Origin: an uncultured Gemmatimonadales bacterium
Lineage (GTDB): Bacteria; Gemmatimonadota; Gemmatimonadetes; Gemmatimonadales; GWC2-71-9
Reading direction: 5' to 3'
Length of the DNA stretch: 64,000 nt
Assembly: GCA_963844035.1 (NCBI GenBank)
Contig: CAWJMT010000036.1
Coordinates: 1-64,000, forward strand
In this document: one piece after another, positions 42,511 to 53,628 of the stretch
How positions within the stretch are numbered: the first letter of the stretch is position 1
Layout of the letters: every line of letters begins with the position of its first letter
Position numbers and translations under genes: made by a program
Notes under the pieces: generated by a model
The model's input: the letters and a program-made list of their open reading frames with translations, nothing else
The model's database searches: none
What the model was told of the DNA's origin: nothing

Positions 42511-43719
42511 TCAGGCCGGGTACGCTTCGACGATCACTGCCGCGCCCTGGCCACCGCCGATACAGGCGGCACCGAGCCCGAACCGCTGTTTGCGCTCGCG
42601 CAGCGCGTGCAGCAGATGGATGGTGATACGCGTGCCGGTCGCCGCGAGCGGGTGCCCCAGCGCGATGCCGCCACCGTGCACGTTGGTCCGCGCGCGGTCC
42701 AACCCCAGCTCGCGTTCCACCGCGAGATACTGCGGCGCGAACGCTTCGTTCACTTCGACCAGATCCATCTGCTCGAGCTGCATCGCTGCCTTCGCGAGCG
42801 CCTTCCGCGCGGCCGGAGCGGGACCGATGCCCATGACGCTGGGCTCCACCCCGACCACCGCCCAGGCGACGAGCCGGCCCAGCGGCTTGAGGCCGCGCGC
42901 CTGTGCGAAGGCAGCGCCGGCGATTACGGTGGCGGCCGCGCCGTCGACGATCCCCGAGGCGTTCCCGGCGGTCACGAGTCCGTCCTTCTTGAAATATGGT
43001 TTGAGGCCGCGTAGCACCTCGAGGGTCGTCGCGGGCCGCATGTGCTCGTCCGCTCGGAACTCCGTTGCCTCACCCTTCTTACCCTTTACCGGGACGGCGA
43101 TCACCTCGTTCTGGAACATGCACGCGTCCCACGCCTGCTTGGCGCGCTGTTGCGAGGTGAGCGCCACCTGGTCCACCTCGTCGCGCGTGAGGTGGTAGCG
43201 CTCCGCGAGGCGCTCGGCGGTTTCGGCCATCGACAGCCCGCACTCCGGGTCGCGCAGCGCTTCCCACAGCAGGTCCTCGAGCGGCGCGGCGGGACCGAGC
43301 CTGATGCCCCAACGGGCGCCGCGCACCACGTGGGGCGCCTGGCTCATGGACTCCGTCCCTCCGGCGAGCACCGCGTCCGCTTCGCCGAGCAGGATCAGCT
43401 GGGCGCCCTGCGTGATCGCTTCGAACCCCGAGCCGCACAGCCGGTTGACGGTCACGGCGGGCACCTCGATCGGCAGGCCGGCCTTGAGCCCGACGTGGCG
43501 CGCGCAGTAGATCGCGTCGGCCGACGTCTGGAGCGCGTTGCCGAACACCGTGTGGCCGATTTCTCCGGCGGGCACTCCCGAGCGCTCGATGGCGTGACGC
43601 GCGGCCACGGCTCCCAACTCGGTGGCGGACAGATCCTTGAGCGTGCCCCCGAAGGCCCCGAAGCCCGTGCGGACTCCGGAGAGAAAGACGACGTCTGTGG
43701 TGGATCCTTGGGTTTTCAT
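42511..43719 (-). CDS. Acetyl-CoA C-acyltransferase (thiolase)
   Basis: [27 protein letters not shown]. Confidence 0.95.
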   Translation of the reverse strand: MKTQGSTTDVVFLSGVRTGFGAFGGTLKDLSATELGAVAARHAIERSGVPAGEIGHTVFGNALQTSADAIYCARHVGLKAGLPIEVPAVTVNRLCGSGFEAITQGAQLILLGEADAVLAGGTESMSQAPHVVRGARWGIRLGPAAPLEDLLWEALRDPECGLSMAETAERLAERYHLTRDEVDQVALTSQQRAKQAWDACMFQNEVIAVPVKGKKGEATEFRADEHMRPATTLEVLRGLKPYFKKDGLVTAGNASGIVDGAAATVIAGAAFAQARGLKPLGRLVAWAVVGVEPSVMGIGPAPAARKALAKAAMQLEQMDLVEVNEAFAPQYLAVERELGLDRARTNVHGGGIALGHPLAATGTRITIHLLHALRERKQRFGLGAACIGGGQGAAVIVEAYPA

Positions 43720-43742
43720 GGTGGGAAGCTCCGTGCGTCCTC

Positions 43743-44777
43743 TCAGAGGGCGGAATATACCGCCGCGGCGACCTCCTTGGTTGTCGCGGTTCCTCCCACA
43801 TCCGGGGTCCTGATACCCGCCGCCAGCGTGTCCCGCGCCGCCCGTTCCAAATCGCGTGCGGCGGCCGCCTGGCCGAGATGTTCGAACATCAGCGCGCCCG
43901 TGAGGATGGCGGCGATCGGGTTCGCCACGCCCTTCCCTGCGAGATCGGGTGCCGAGCCGTGCACGGGCTCGAACAGCCCCGGACGCCCGGGGTGCAGGTT
44001 CGCGCTCGCCGCGACGCCGAGCCCGCCCACGAGCCCCGCGCCCAGGTCCGAGAGAATGTCGCCGAACAGGTTGTTCGTGACGATCACCTGGAACCGCTCG
44101 GGTTCGCGCACCAGCTCGAGCGCGAGTGTGTCGATGAAGCGGCGTTCGGAGGTGATGGCGGGATGCTCCGCCGCCACCTGCGTGAACTTCTCCTCCCAGA
44201 TCCGGTGCGCGGGGATCGCGTTCGATTTGTCGCCCATGGTCACGAGGGTGCGGCCGTGCACCTTGGCCCATTCGAACGCGGCGCGGATGATGCGCTCCAC
44301 GCCCTTCGCGGTGTTCACTTCTTCCGCGATATACTCGTCGCCGTCGATTCGCCCCCGGGCGCCGTAGAGCCCCTCGGTGTTTTCACGGAAGATGACGAAA
44401 TCAATTGGGTGGCCGGACCGAAGTGCCGCCAAATCCCTGTGGAGCAACTGTACCGGTCGGAAGTTGACGTACAAATCGAGCCGGACCCTGAGCCCCAGGA
44501 GAATGTCGCGCGCATGCTCATTGCCGGGCACCCGCGGATCGCCGAACGCGCCGACGAGGATCGCGTCCACGTCGTCCCGCAGGTGGCGGAACGCCGCTTC
44601 GGGGAGTGTTTCTTTCGTCCGGAGGAAATGATCGGCGGAGTACGGCAGCCGCTCGAGGGCGAGCGCAAAACGGTGCTTCGCCGCCGCGCGCTCGAGCACC
44701 GGGATCGCCGCCTCGATCACCTCGGGCCCGATTCCGTCCCCGGCGATCACGGCGACCCGGTACTTCACACCGGCCAC
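43743..44777 (-). CDS. Isocitrate/isopropylmalate dehydrogenase family protein (LeuB-like)
   Basis: GDGIGPEV, RENTEG, NLFGDILSD, FEPVHGSAPD. Confidence 0.9.
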   Translation of the reverse strand: MAGVKYRVAVIAGDGIGPEVIEAAIPVLERAAAKHRFALALERLPYSADHFLRTKETLPEAAFRHLRDDVDAILVGAFGDPRVPGNEHARDILLGLRVRLDLYVNFRPVQLLHRDLAALRSGHPIDFVIFRENTEGLYGARGRIDGDEYIAEEVNTAKGVERIIRAAFEWAKVHGRTLVTMGDKSNAIPAHRIWEEKFTQVAAEHPAITSERRFIDTLALELVREPERFQVIVTNNLFGDILSDLGAGLVGGLGVAASANLHPGRPGLFEPVHGSAPDLAGKGVANPIAAILTGALMFEHLGQAAAARDLERAARDTLAAGIRTPDVGGTATTKEVAAAVYSAL

Positions 44778-44778
44778 G

Positions 44779-45462
44779 TCACTCGAATCCCGTGGAGCGC
44801 CCGCAGCTCACGCAGTACCCCCAGCCCACGTCCACTTCACTGCCGCAGGCCGGGCAGCGCAGCTCGCCCGACGGCGGCTGGCCGCAGTGCGGGCAGAAGT
44901 TCACCTTGCGGGCACCCGGGAGGGTGCCGCCACAGTAGGCGCACTGCAGGCTCTGCGTTTCCGACTCATCCAGGGAGAAATGCGACGAGGAAGCCGGCCT
45001 GGGTCTGACCTCCGGCACGGACTCTTCTTCCTCTTCTTCATCCTCTTCGTCTACCTCTACGCCAATGCGACCCGACTCGCCGGGCTCGAGGACCGGCGGG
45101 GCAAAGGCGCGTTCCCCCTTGAGGAACCGTTCCGCCGCGATCCGGTTGATCATCACCAGGACCTCGGGGAAGTTGCGGAACAGGCCCGCATCGGGATTGC
45201 TGGCGGCGGCTTCACGCTGCAGCGCTTCGCGCACGTCCACCGGCTCGAGGCGGGCGTAGCCGCGCTCCCCGGAGAGCAGCCGTAACACCGTCATCTCGTA
45301 GTCCTGGTGGGTCGCGACGTTCAGCCGCGCCCGGTTGGACCGGTAGGGCACCAGCCGCTCATACAGCTCGGCGGCGACGAACGGCGTGGCGAGCCGACCC
45401 GGCCCGGACTCGGCCAGTGCCTCGACGAGACGCCCGAAGAGGCGGTCGAGTTCATCCGCCAT
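44779..45462 (-). CDS. Double zinc-ribbon domain protein
   Basis: C-terminal CAYCG..CPHCG..CPACG..CVSCG after an acidic linker. Confidence 0.8.
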   Translation of the reverse strand: MADELDRLFGRLVEALAESGPGRLATPFVAAELYERLVPYRSNRARLNVATHQDYEMTVLRLLSGERGYARLEPVDVREALQREAAASNPDAGLFRNFPEVLVMINRIAAERFLKGERAFAPPVLEPGESGRIGVEVDEEDEEEEEESVPEVRPRPASSSHFSLDESETQSLQCAYCGGTLPGARKVNFCPHCGQPPSGELRCPACGSEVDVGWGYCVSCGRSTGFE

Positions 45463-45498
45463 GCAGTACCCCTCCCACTTCCCCCGTCCCCCGTCCCC

Positions 45499-46002
45499 TC
45501 ATCGCCACTCTTTCACCCACCGGTCGTACAGCACCGGGGTGACGCCTCCTTGCCCGAGCACCTCGATCCCCGATGGATCCCGGTACGCCTTGCGATAGAA
45601 CACGTGAGACACGCCGGAATTGATGATCAGCTTGGCACACATCACGCAGGGGGACGCGCTGATGAACATCACCTTGTCGCGCACGTTGCCGGGCGCTTTG
45701 ACGAGCGCGTTCATCTCGGAGTGAATGCAGCCGCAGCTTCCGGGCACCGAGGAATCGCACTTGTTCGGCAGCCCACGCGCGTTCCCGTTGTAGCCGATCG
45801 CGAGCACGTTCTCGAGCAACTGGTCGGTGATCACCGATCCCACCTGCAGGCGCACGCAGGTCGAACGCTTGGCGAGCTCTTCCGCCATCCGCATATAGAC
45901 CTCGTACAGCGGAATCCGCTCGACCCGCGGCGCCACTGCGCCGTCGGCGAGGACGTTCAAGCCGTGGGTGTTCGCGAGCACGTCATCCTTATGAACGCTC
46001 AT
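45499..46002 (-). CDS. dCMP deaminase (ComEB-like)
   Basis: RSTC..VG, GYNG, HSEMNAL, PCVMC. Confidence 0.9.
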   Translation of the reverse strand: MSVHKDDVLANTHGLNVLADGAVAPRVERIPLYEVYMRMAEELAKRSTCVRLQVGSVITDQLLENVLAIGYNGNARGLPNKCDSSVPGSCGCIHSEMNALVKAPGNVRDKVMFISASPCVMCAKLIINSGVSHVFYRKAYRDPSGIEVLGQGGVTPVLYDRWVKEWR

Positions 46003-46573
46003 GCAGCTCCAGGTCCGGATCGTAGTTTGCGTAATTGCCTCGCTCCCGTTGCTGCCTGAGCCAGGCGTCGAAGTTCGACGGGATCAGCCCGTTCGAGCGC
46101 TGCTGCTGCTCTGCGGCCTGCACCGCGCGCACGTTGGCGTACTCATTCTTCGGGTGCCCGGCATGGCCGCGCACCCAGCGCCATTGGACCGTGTGCCCGG
46201 CTTCCGCCTGCACCAGCTTCTGCCACAGCTCCAGATTGTCGACCGGGCCGGTCTTCCGTTTCCAGCCGCGCGCCTGCCAGTCCTTGACCCATTCCGACAT
46301 GCCCTTGATGAGGTACTCGGAGTCGGAAACGTACACCGCGTCCACGCGCTGCCACCGCCGCCGCAGCCATTCCAGCACCGCGATCGCGCCCGCGAGCGCC
46401 ATTTTCTGGTTGGTCGTGTTGGGCGAGCATTCGAAGAAATCCCATCGGGCCAGGCTGTCCCCCGCCGGGACCTCGATCAGGGCGGCGTTGCCGCCCGGAT
46501 TGGGGGGCTCGGTGCCGTTTCCCAGGCAGCTCTCGTCCGCATGGACCAGCACGCGGTTGAGTGGCTCGGCCAT
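45989..46573 (-). CDS. rnhA: Ribonuclease HI
   Basis: DESCLGN..PGG, TTNQKM, SDSEY, NLELWQ, WVRGHAGHPKNE. Confidence 0.88.
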   Translation of the reverse strand: MAEPLNRVLVHADESCLGNGTEPPNPGGNAALIEVPAGDSLARWDFFECSPNTTNQKMALAGAIAVLEWLRRRWQRVDAVYVSDSEYLIKGMSEWVKDWQARGWKRKTGPVDNLELWQKLVQAEAGHTVQWRWVRGHAGHPKNEYANVRAVQAAEQQQRSNGLIPSNFDAWLRQQRERGNYANYDPDLELHERS

Positions 46574-46574
46574 C

Positions 46575-47318
46575 CTAGGGCTGCACCACCACGGGAATGT
46601 CGGTGTGCAGGAGGATCTCCTCGACGTGCGAGACGCCGGCGATGCTCGCCCTGCCTTCTCGCTGCTCCATGTGCGCGCCGGCGAACAAGGCGTCGCAGCC
46701 GACCCGCTCGACCACGCGCGCGATCACCTCGCCTGGCGCGCCCGCCTCCACGTGCGAGCCGAACGCGACGCGCTGCAGCGACAGCGCCGCTTCCGCCGCG
46801 CCCAGGACCTTGAGACCCGCCTCGTGGTCGGTAGCGGCATGGATCACGTGCACCGTGCTGTTCGCGACGCTCGCGAACCGGACCGCCAGCTCGAGCGCGC
46901 GCTGGCTCGTTTCCCTGCCGTCGAATGCGACGGCGCAGGTGCGCATCGGCGAGGGCAACCCGGCACATGCGATCACACACCGCCCGGCGTGGCGGATCAG
47001 GGACCGGGCGGTCGTCCCGAGCGCCTGCTCAGTGTTCGTGCCACGCCGCCCTATCAGCACGGCGTCCGCGTCCTGAGCGAGCGTCGCGAGCACCGAGTCG
47101 GGGCTGCCGGTCTCCTCCACCAGCTCGCTTTGCAGGTCGGCCGCCAGCAGGCGTTCGTGGGCGCGGTCGAGCATGGCGCTGCCGTCCTCGCCGCCCGGCT
47201 CGCGCACGTGCGCGACGACGACTGTGCTCTGAAACCGCGCGCCCAGCAGCACCGCCTGCTCGAGTGCCGCGTCCGCGCGGGGGCTTCCGTCGAGGCCTAC
47301 CAACAGGCGGGTGAACAC
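46575..47318 (-). CDS. Universal stress protein (tandem Usp domains)
   Basis: LLVGLDGS, IGRRG, VAFDG, PVVV. Confidence 0.85.
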   Translation of the reverse strand: MFTRLLVGLDGSPRADAALEQAVLLGARFQSTVVVAHVREPGGEDGSAMLDRAHERLLAADLQSELVEETGSPDSVLATLAQDADAVLIGRRGTNTEQALGTTARSLIRHAGRCVIACAGLPSPMRTCAVAFDGRETSQRALELAVRFASVANSTVHVIHAATDHEAGLKVLGAAEAALSLQRVAFGSHVEAGAPGEVIARVVERVGCDALFAGAHMEQREGRASIAGVSHVEEILLHTDIPVVVQP

Positions 47319-47320
47319 GG

Positions 47321-47557
47321 CTACGGCAGCACCGCGAAGGTCTCGAGCTCGCGCAGCGGGAACGCCAGGATTTCGCCGGTCATGGGGAGACGTCCCTCGA
47401 GGCGCTCGTCGCGGGCGCCGGTGTCGAGCCGGATCGCGACGACCACGTAGTCGGTGCCGCGGCGCCGGAGCGCGACGCGCCGGTGCTCCCGCACGGCGCG
47501 CTCCAGCGCATCCAGGGCATCCGGCGTGAGGTCGCGATACTCAGGGATGACGGGCAT
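47321..47557 (-). CDS. Small hypothetical protein
   Basis: 78 aa ORF packed between the selD and Usp genes. Confidence 0.55.
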   Translation of the reverse strand: MPVIPEYRDLTPDALDALERAVREHRRVALRRRGTDYVVVAIRLDTGARDERLEGRLPMTGEILAFPLRELETFAVLP

Positions 47558-47566
47558 GCCGCAACG

Positions 47567-48643
47567 CTACGCCGCCTGGCGCCGCACAGTGATGGCTCCC
47601 GCGCTGCCCGCCGTCACCGTGCCGACGCGCGCGTAGCTATTTCCGGGCACGTGCGATAGGCGACCGAACGCCGCAGCGAGCGCGTCGGCGCGCTCCGGCG
47701 GCACGGCAATGAGCAGGCCGCCCGATGTCTGGGCGTCGCACAGCAGGAGGCGTTCCACCTCACTCACCTCGGGAGCGAACGTGACCGCGTCCTTGAGGCT
47801 CTCGAGGTTGCGCCTGGTTCCGCCGGCGATCGCCCCGCGCTCTGCCAGCTCCCGTGCGCCGGGCAGCAGTGGCACGCGCTCAGCCTCGATGGCCGCCGAG
47901 ACACCGCTGGCGCGCAGCATGTTGTGCAGGTGGCCGAGCAGGCCGAACCCCGTGACATCCGTCGCCGCGTGCACGCCGACTTCGACCATGGCGCGGGCCG
48001 CTTCGGCGTTCAGCGTCGTCATCACGGTGACGGCGCGCTGCAGCTCGGCCTCGTCGATGAGATCGCGCTTCAAGGCGGTGGTGAGCACGCCCGTCCCGAT
48101 CTCCTTGGTCAGCACGAGCACGTCGCCGGGCTTGGCGCCGGCGTTCGTCACTACACGGTCGGGATGGACCTCGCCGATCGCCACCATACCGAACTTCGGC
48201 TCCGGGTCATCTATGGAGTGGCCGCCGACGATGAACGCCCCCGCCGCGCGAACGACGTCGGCCCCGCCGCGGAGCACGTCACCCAGCAGCGCGAACGGCA
48301 GGTTCTCGCGCGGCCAGCCGACCAGGTTGAGTGTGAACAGCGGCGTTCCCCCCATCGCGTAGATGTCCGACAGGGCGTTGGTCGCGGCGATGCGGCCGAA
48401 GTCGTATGCCGAGTCCACGATGGGGGTGAAGAAATCCACCGTCGCGACCAGCGCGCGGTCGGGCGTCATCCGAAACACGGCGGCGTCATCGCGAGTGGAG
48501 GCGTCTACCAGAATGCGCGGGTCGGTAGCCAGGGGGATGTGGCGCAGCACCTGCGCCAGGTCGGAGGGGCCGAGTTTGCACGCGCAGCCGGCGCCGTGCG
48601 ACAGGGCCGTGAGTCGAATCGTCGTCGGGGGTGCGGTCACCAT
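47567..48643 (-). CDS. selD: Selenide, water dikinase (Cys form)
   Basis: HGAGCACK, DDAAV, VDFFTP, GGHSIDD, TDVTGFGL, DAQTSGGLL. Confidence 0.95.
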   Translation of the reverse strand: MVTAPPTTIRLTALSHGAGCACKLGPSDLAQVLRHIPLATDPRILVDASTRDDAAVFRMTPDRALVATVDFFTPIVDSAYDFGRIAATNALSDIYAMGGTPLFTLNLVGWPRENLPFALLGDVLRGGADVVRAAGAFIVGGHSIDDPEPKFGMVAIGEVHPDRVVTNAGAKPGDVLVLTKEIGTGVLTTALKRDLIDEAELQRAVTVMTTLNAEAARAMVEVGVHAATDVTGFGLLGHLHNMLRASGVSAAIEAERVPLLPGARELAERGAIAGGTRRNLESLKDAVTFAPEVSEVERLLLCDAQTSGGLLIAVPPERADALAAAFGRLSHVPGNSYARVGTVTAGSAGAITVRRQAA

Positions 48644-48660
48644 CGTCAACCGAAGATAGC

Positions 48661-49020
48661 CTATCCCAATCTCCAGGCGAGGATGGCGCCGGCCACCAGG
48701 TAGCGCACGAGATCAGTGGAGAGGCCGAGGAGCGACGAGCGCGACACGGTCCAGGCCGGGACGGTCGCGAGCGCGCCGACCAGCAGGAAGACGAGCCACC
48801 ACGCACCGCTTCCCAGGGTGTCGAACCAGAGCGAGCCCAACAGGGTGAGCAATCCGGCTTCCACGAGCCGGGACTTGAGCAGCGGCAACGGCACTCCCAC
48901 CATCCACGACGGTTCCTGGCCCTCCTGCCGTGACGCCAGACTGACGAGACCCGCGCTGGCCGCGGTGGCGAGCAGGAACCATAGGGTCACCAGCATCCAC
49001 GCGAGCACGAGACGGGTCAA
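48661..49020 (-). CDS. Small membrane protein
   Basis: TTG start overlapping the upstream TGA; about four hydrophobic helices. Confidence 0.6.
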   Translation of the reverse strand: MTRLVLAWMLVTLWFLLATAASAGLVSLASRQEGQEPSWMVGVPLPLLKSRLVEAGLLTLLGSLWFDTLGSGAWWLVFLLVGALATVPAWTVSRSSLLGLSTDLVRYLVAGAILAWRLG

Positions 49021-50382
49021 CGCGTCCAGGTTCTCCGCAGCGAATCGGGGTACAGGATCCGCCCGCGGCTCATCACCCAGGCGATATCCCGCGTGGCCGC
49101 GATGTCGTCCATCGGGCTGGCATTCAACACGACCAGGTCGGCCACGGCGCCGGGAGCGATGCGGCCGAGCGAGTCGGCATGGAGCAGCTCCGCGCCCTTC
49201 CTGGTGGCGGCGTTGAGCGCCTCGCTCGCCGTGAAGCCGGCGTCCACGAGCATCTCGAGTTCGTCGTGCAGCGCCGCGCCCGGGACGAGCAGCGTGCTTG
49301 CCGCGTCGGTCCCCGCGGCGACGAGGCCTCCAGCCCGTTTGAACTCGCGGACAAACTGATCCTGGCGGGCACGCGCGCGGCGGAACGCGGCGAAGTGCTC
49401 CGGGGCCCATCCGGTTTCCGCGAGCAATCGCGCGACGTCGCGCACGCTGGCGGCGGATGCGGGAACGTCACCCATCGTGGGACGGGTGCGGAGCGCGATG
49501 TCGTTCCAGTGGGAGCGCATCTCGTGTTGTATGAGCGTGGGGACCAACGCGACATGAGTGGCGGCCAGCGCCTGGGCCGTGCTTGCCACGGTGGCCGAGT
49601 CGAGCAGGCCCCACTGGCCTTCCTCCAGGGCCCAGCCCGCGAACGGGCGCGCATGCGCCTGAAAGTAGGGTGCCGGGTTGGGCACGCTCGCTTGCACGAT
49701 CCCCGCCAGCTGCTCGATCGAACGCACACCCGCGCGCGCGACGCTGAGCGCGTCCATCATCCCCGGATGGGCGGCGACCGCCATCCGGAGCGTCTGGGCT
49801 TCGCGCATGATCGTGGGCATGAGGAGCGGCGTGATGCGGCCGTGAATCGCCACATAGTCCGCACCGGCGGCGCCCCGCAGGTCGACCGCGCGCCGCGCTT
49901 CCACGTCGGTGGTCACGCTCGTCGCCCTGGGACTCTCGGGCGGGCACGCCGTCGATGATCGGGCCCGACGTGAACATCCGGGGGCCGGTCAGCGTGCCGA
50001 GGTTGAGGTCGTTCTTGACCGCGAACACCGAGTCGCCGCCGGCGCCGAGATCGCGTACGGTGGTGACTCCCCAGGCGAGATACCGCGGAGCGGCCCAGCG
50101 CTCGACGCGCGCATGGGCATCGATGAGCCCCGGGATGATGGTCTTGCCCGCCAGGCTCACACGCACGGCCCCGCGCGGCACGGCAATCTCATCGCCGCGG
50201 CCGACCGCCTGGATGTGGCCGTCTTTGATCAGGATGATCGATTCGCGAATGGGGGGCCCGCCGCTGCCGCTCAGCAGGGTCGCTCCCTCGAGGACGACGA
50301 CGCCTTCGCCCGCGGGAGTGCACGCCGCGAGGCAGCAGACGATGAGTAAGGCTGCCCGCCTGCCCGCCTTCCCGCCTGTCAC
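49017..50382 (-). CDS. Amidohydrolase-family lipoprotein with a degenerate metal site; frameshift near 49925
   Basis: LAAC lipobox; PGLIDAH, GVTTVRDLG, AGTDA, GRIAPGAVADLVVL..P. Confidence 0.8.
50352..50377. repeat. Octamer tandem repeat (CCCGCCTK)x3 in a signal-peptide coding region
   Basis: ctgcccgcctgcccgccttcccgcct. Confidence 0.75.
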
Positions 50383-50834
50383 TTCGGATCCGACGAAGAG
50401 TGATCGTGGATGATGAGCCACCGGTCGCCTCGTTTCGCGAGGATCAGGGTGAACGGCCCGCTGGCGATCACGTGCCCTGCCCGATGGAGCGCGAAGCGCG
50501 CAGTGCACAACACCAGGTCGGTTGTGAGCGGCCGTACGCGCACCTCGCCGAACGCGAGTGAGTCGCGTGACTTGCCGGGAGCGAAGTAGTGCTTTTGGTA
50601 AATGTCGTAGATCGGCTGCCAACCGTACTGCACGTGGCCACCCGCCACAAAGCTGGTCAGGGAATCGCGGGCGTAGTCGTTCATGAACTCCGCGAGGTCG
50701 CCTCGATTCCACGCGGTGGCGCTCCGCGTCAGCTGCGCGCTGACCTCGACCTGCGGGTCGCCGCGCGGGGCGGGAGGCGCGGAGCACGCGCCCAACATCG
50801 CCAGCGCCCAAACGCAACGCGGGAGCGCCCTCAT
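50379..50834 (-). CDS. NTF2/SnoaL-like (DUF4440-type) lipoprotein
   Basis: LGAC lipobox; WNRGDLAEFM..Y, SGPFTLI, WLIIHDHSS. Confidence 0.85.
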   Translation of the reverse strand: MRALPRCVWALAMLGACSAPPAPRGDPQVEVSAQLTRSATAWNRGDLAEFMNDYARDSLTSFVAGGHVQYGWQPIYDIYQKHYFAPGKSRDSLAFGEVRVRPLTTDLVLCTARFALHRAGHVIASGPFTLILAKRGDRWLIIHDHSSSDPK

Positions 50835-50890
50835 GGAGATGGCTGCTGCCATCCGGAAGGCGCTCCCGCTGCTTGGGCGCTGAAAAGAAA

Positions 50891-51178
50891 CTAGCGGCGT
50901 TTCCGCTTGCCTTTGGCGCGCTTCGCCTTGGCCTTCGGGCGCTTGCTCTTCGCCTTCTTCGCCTTCTTCGCTTTCTTCACCTTCTTCTTCGTCGCCTTCC
51001 TCTTGGCCTTCGGTCGCGCGGCCTTTTTCGCCTTCGGCTTCCGCGCCGGCATGCTGGACTCCTCCGCCATCGGGGAGGGCGAGGGAGTGGACGGCATCGA
51101 GGGCATCGAGGGCATCAGCGGCTCCATCATGCCTGGGCCGGTCCAGCCACTCTCCGAAAAATCGGTCTGCTGACGCAT
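50891..51178 (-). CDS. Small Lys/Ala-rich histone-H1-like basic protein
   Basis: SD GGAGGAG; MPS repeats, then a KKAKKAKK-type tail. Confidence 0.6.
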   Translation of the reverse strand: MRQQTDFSESGWTGPGMMEPLMPSMPSMPSTPSPSPMAEESSMPARKPKAKKAARPKAKRKATKKKVKKAKKAKKAKSKRPKAKAKRAKGKRKRR

Positions 51179-51357
51179 CGGATCACTCCTCCGCATGGTG
51201 GTCGGTGGGCGTGGCCTATAGCTTACGCACCGAAGCGTGCGACGCAAGTGACGGAGCGCACCGGCCCCGTGTGGGGCGACCTCCCGCAGCCGTGCCGGTG
51301 CTCGGGAGGACAAGTTAGCTTGACAACGGGAGTTACGTGGACTTAGGTTCGCGCCGC

Positions 51358-53606
51358 ATGACCCATTCCTTCAGGGTCGCTACGCTGCTCTTGGCGCTCC
51401 CCGGCGCCGCCGTCGCGCAAAATGTGACGGAAGTGCAGGTTGCTCCCCCCTCGCTGACACTCCGCGTGGGGGAGCGCAGCGTACTCCTCGCGACGGCGTT
51501 CGATCGCGCCGGCAACGTGCTCTCCACCGTCCGCCCACTGTGGTCCTCGAACAACGTGCTGGTGGCGAAGGTGGACAACAACGGCAACGTCACCGGGATG
51601 TCGAACGGGGTCGCGATTGTCGAGGCACGGGTGGGCTCGCGCAAAGGGAGCGCCGCGGTCCAGGTGGTCGGTGGCGCGTCAGCCACGCCGGCGCCACAGC
51701 CGACTCCGGGGCCCCGGCGACGCCGCGCTGGCCGGACAGGCCGTGGGAACGGGGCCCGCCACCGTGCTGCGGATCGAGCCTCCCACGATCTACCTCCTGC
51801 CGTCGGAGAACCTGCGAGCCGTGCCCCGGGCCCTGAAGGACGACGGTTCCCCGGCGGCTCCGGTCATGGTGACCTGGAAGTCGTTCAGGCCCGAAATCGC
51901 GAACGTGGATCCCAACGGCGTCGTCGTGGCTTTGAGCATTGGCCAGGCAACGGTACAGGCGACCGGCCCCAATGGGCTCACGGCCACCGCGCCGGTCGTG
52001 GTGCAGCAATCCGACTTCGGCATCCAGGAAGGGGGGCCGCTCACCCTCGGCCCGGGAGAGCTGGACACGGTGCATGTGGTCGTGCCCACCCAAGGTGGAC
52101 GCCTCGTCAGTCCGCTCGCGCTGCAGTGGACCTCGAGCGACCAAAATATCGTGCGGGTCAGCCTGACGGGTGTGCTCACCGCGGTGAACGCGGGCAAGGC
52201 GACCCTGACGGTGTCGGGGTTGCTCCAGTCGAAGAGCGTGGATGTGGTCGTGCATCGCCCGGTGACGCTGCTCGCCGTCCGGCCCCGCTGGCAAGACGAA
52301 GTGCTCGTTCCGGTCCGGGGCACGACGAAGTTTGAGGCATCGGGGCTGGGGACCGATCGGACCCCGGTTCCCGAAGCGCCGCTGACCTGGAGTGTCGCGG
52401 ACACGACGATCGCCCGCTTCGACCCAGTCACTGGTCTCCTCACGGGAGTCAGCTCCGGAAAGACTCAGCTCGTCGTCAAGGGACCCGGACAAGGGCTGGT
52501 CGTTACCTGGAACCTGCGGGTGCTCGCTGGGCCCGTGAAATTGTCCGCCGCCCGCATCGGGCTCCCCGTCGGCAGGAAATACGCCGTGAAGGCCAGCTAC
52601 ACTGATGAGACGGGAGCGGTGATCGGCCCGGCCAGCGGCGTCACCTGGGCGTCGGCCAACCCACAGGTGGCCACCATCGGCGACGACGGAACGATCACGG
52701 CGGTGGATAACGGGCACGGACAGGTCACGGTCACCGCTCCAGGCGGCACCAGCGCGACCGTCGACGTCTTTGTGCAGGGGGACTTCGTCGTCGCGAGCTC
52801 GCGCTCGGGAGTCTACCAGCTCTACGTGGGCGACCGCTCCAAGCTCGTGCAGCTCCGCCGGCTCGTCGCCGACACCGCGACCGACCCGGCGTTCTCTCCC
52901 GATGGCTCGCGCATCGCGTTCACGTCGACGACGCTGCGCGGGGCGCGGCGCGACATCGTCGTCATGGACGCCGACGGCACCAACGCCACCCGCATCCCCA
53001 ACTCGTTTGGGAGCGAAAGCCATCCCCAGTTCACCGCCGACGGGAGCGCCGTCGTGTTCCAGTCGGAGCGCACCGGGCACTCGCAGGTGTTCCAGCAGGC
53101 GATCGGCGGCCCGACCGCCGTGCAGCTCACGCAGGAGCCTGGCGGTCAATTCGCGCCCCACGGTTTCGCCCGACGGGGAGACGATTGCGTTCGTCTCGAC
53201 GCGGGATGGCAGCGCGAACATTTGGTTGATGAAAAAGGACGGGTCGAACCAGCGCCCGTTTACGCGCACTGCGGGCGCGGCCAAGAGCATCAACCCGGAC
53301 TTCCTGCGGGACGGCTCCCTGGTGTATCTGCTCGAAACCAAGGTCAACGGTCGGACGACGACGCAGATCATGAAGGCCGACCTGCCGACGGGGCAGGTGG
53401 TCCCACTGACGGGACTGGATCTCCCGCTGATCTCCGATTTCGCCGTGAGCGCCGCCGGTGACCAGCTCGCGCTCGTCGTCAACGTCCAGCAGGGCGGGAA
53501 ACCGTACTACAAAGTGTATCTCCTGCCGGTTGGGACGGCCGGCAGCCCCGTCCCGGTTCCAACGACGGGCACCGATCAGATGGTGACGCCGACCTTCATG
53601 CCGTAG
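51358..53606 (+). CDS. Secreted protein with Ig-like (Big_2) domains and a TolB/PD40 beta-propeller; frameshifts near 51715 and 53145
   Basis: Signal ..PGAAVAQ; repeated WxSSx..VA.VD..G.VT; PAFSPDG, PQFTADG, PTVSPDG. Confidence 0.85.
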
Positions 53607-53628
53607 GGCCGCCGCTCCCTTTCGCTCC

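Noticed and set aside
45474..45500. C-rich heptamer tract (CCCCCGT) as a G-quadruplex or regulatory element
   Set aside because: Only two to three degenerate units; too short to support more than membership of the general short-repeat background.
48570..48600. Selenocysteine codon in selD
   Set aside because: Both Cys codons in GCACK are TGC.
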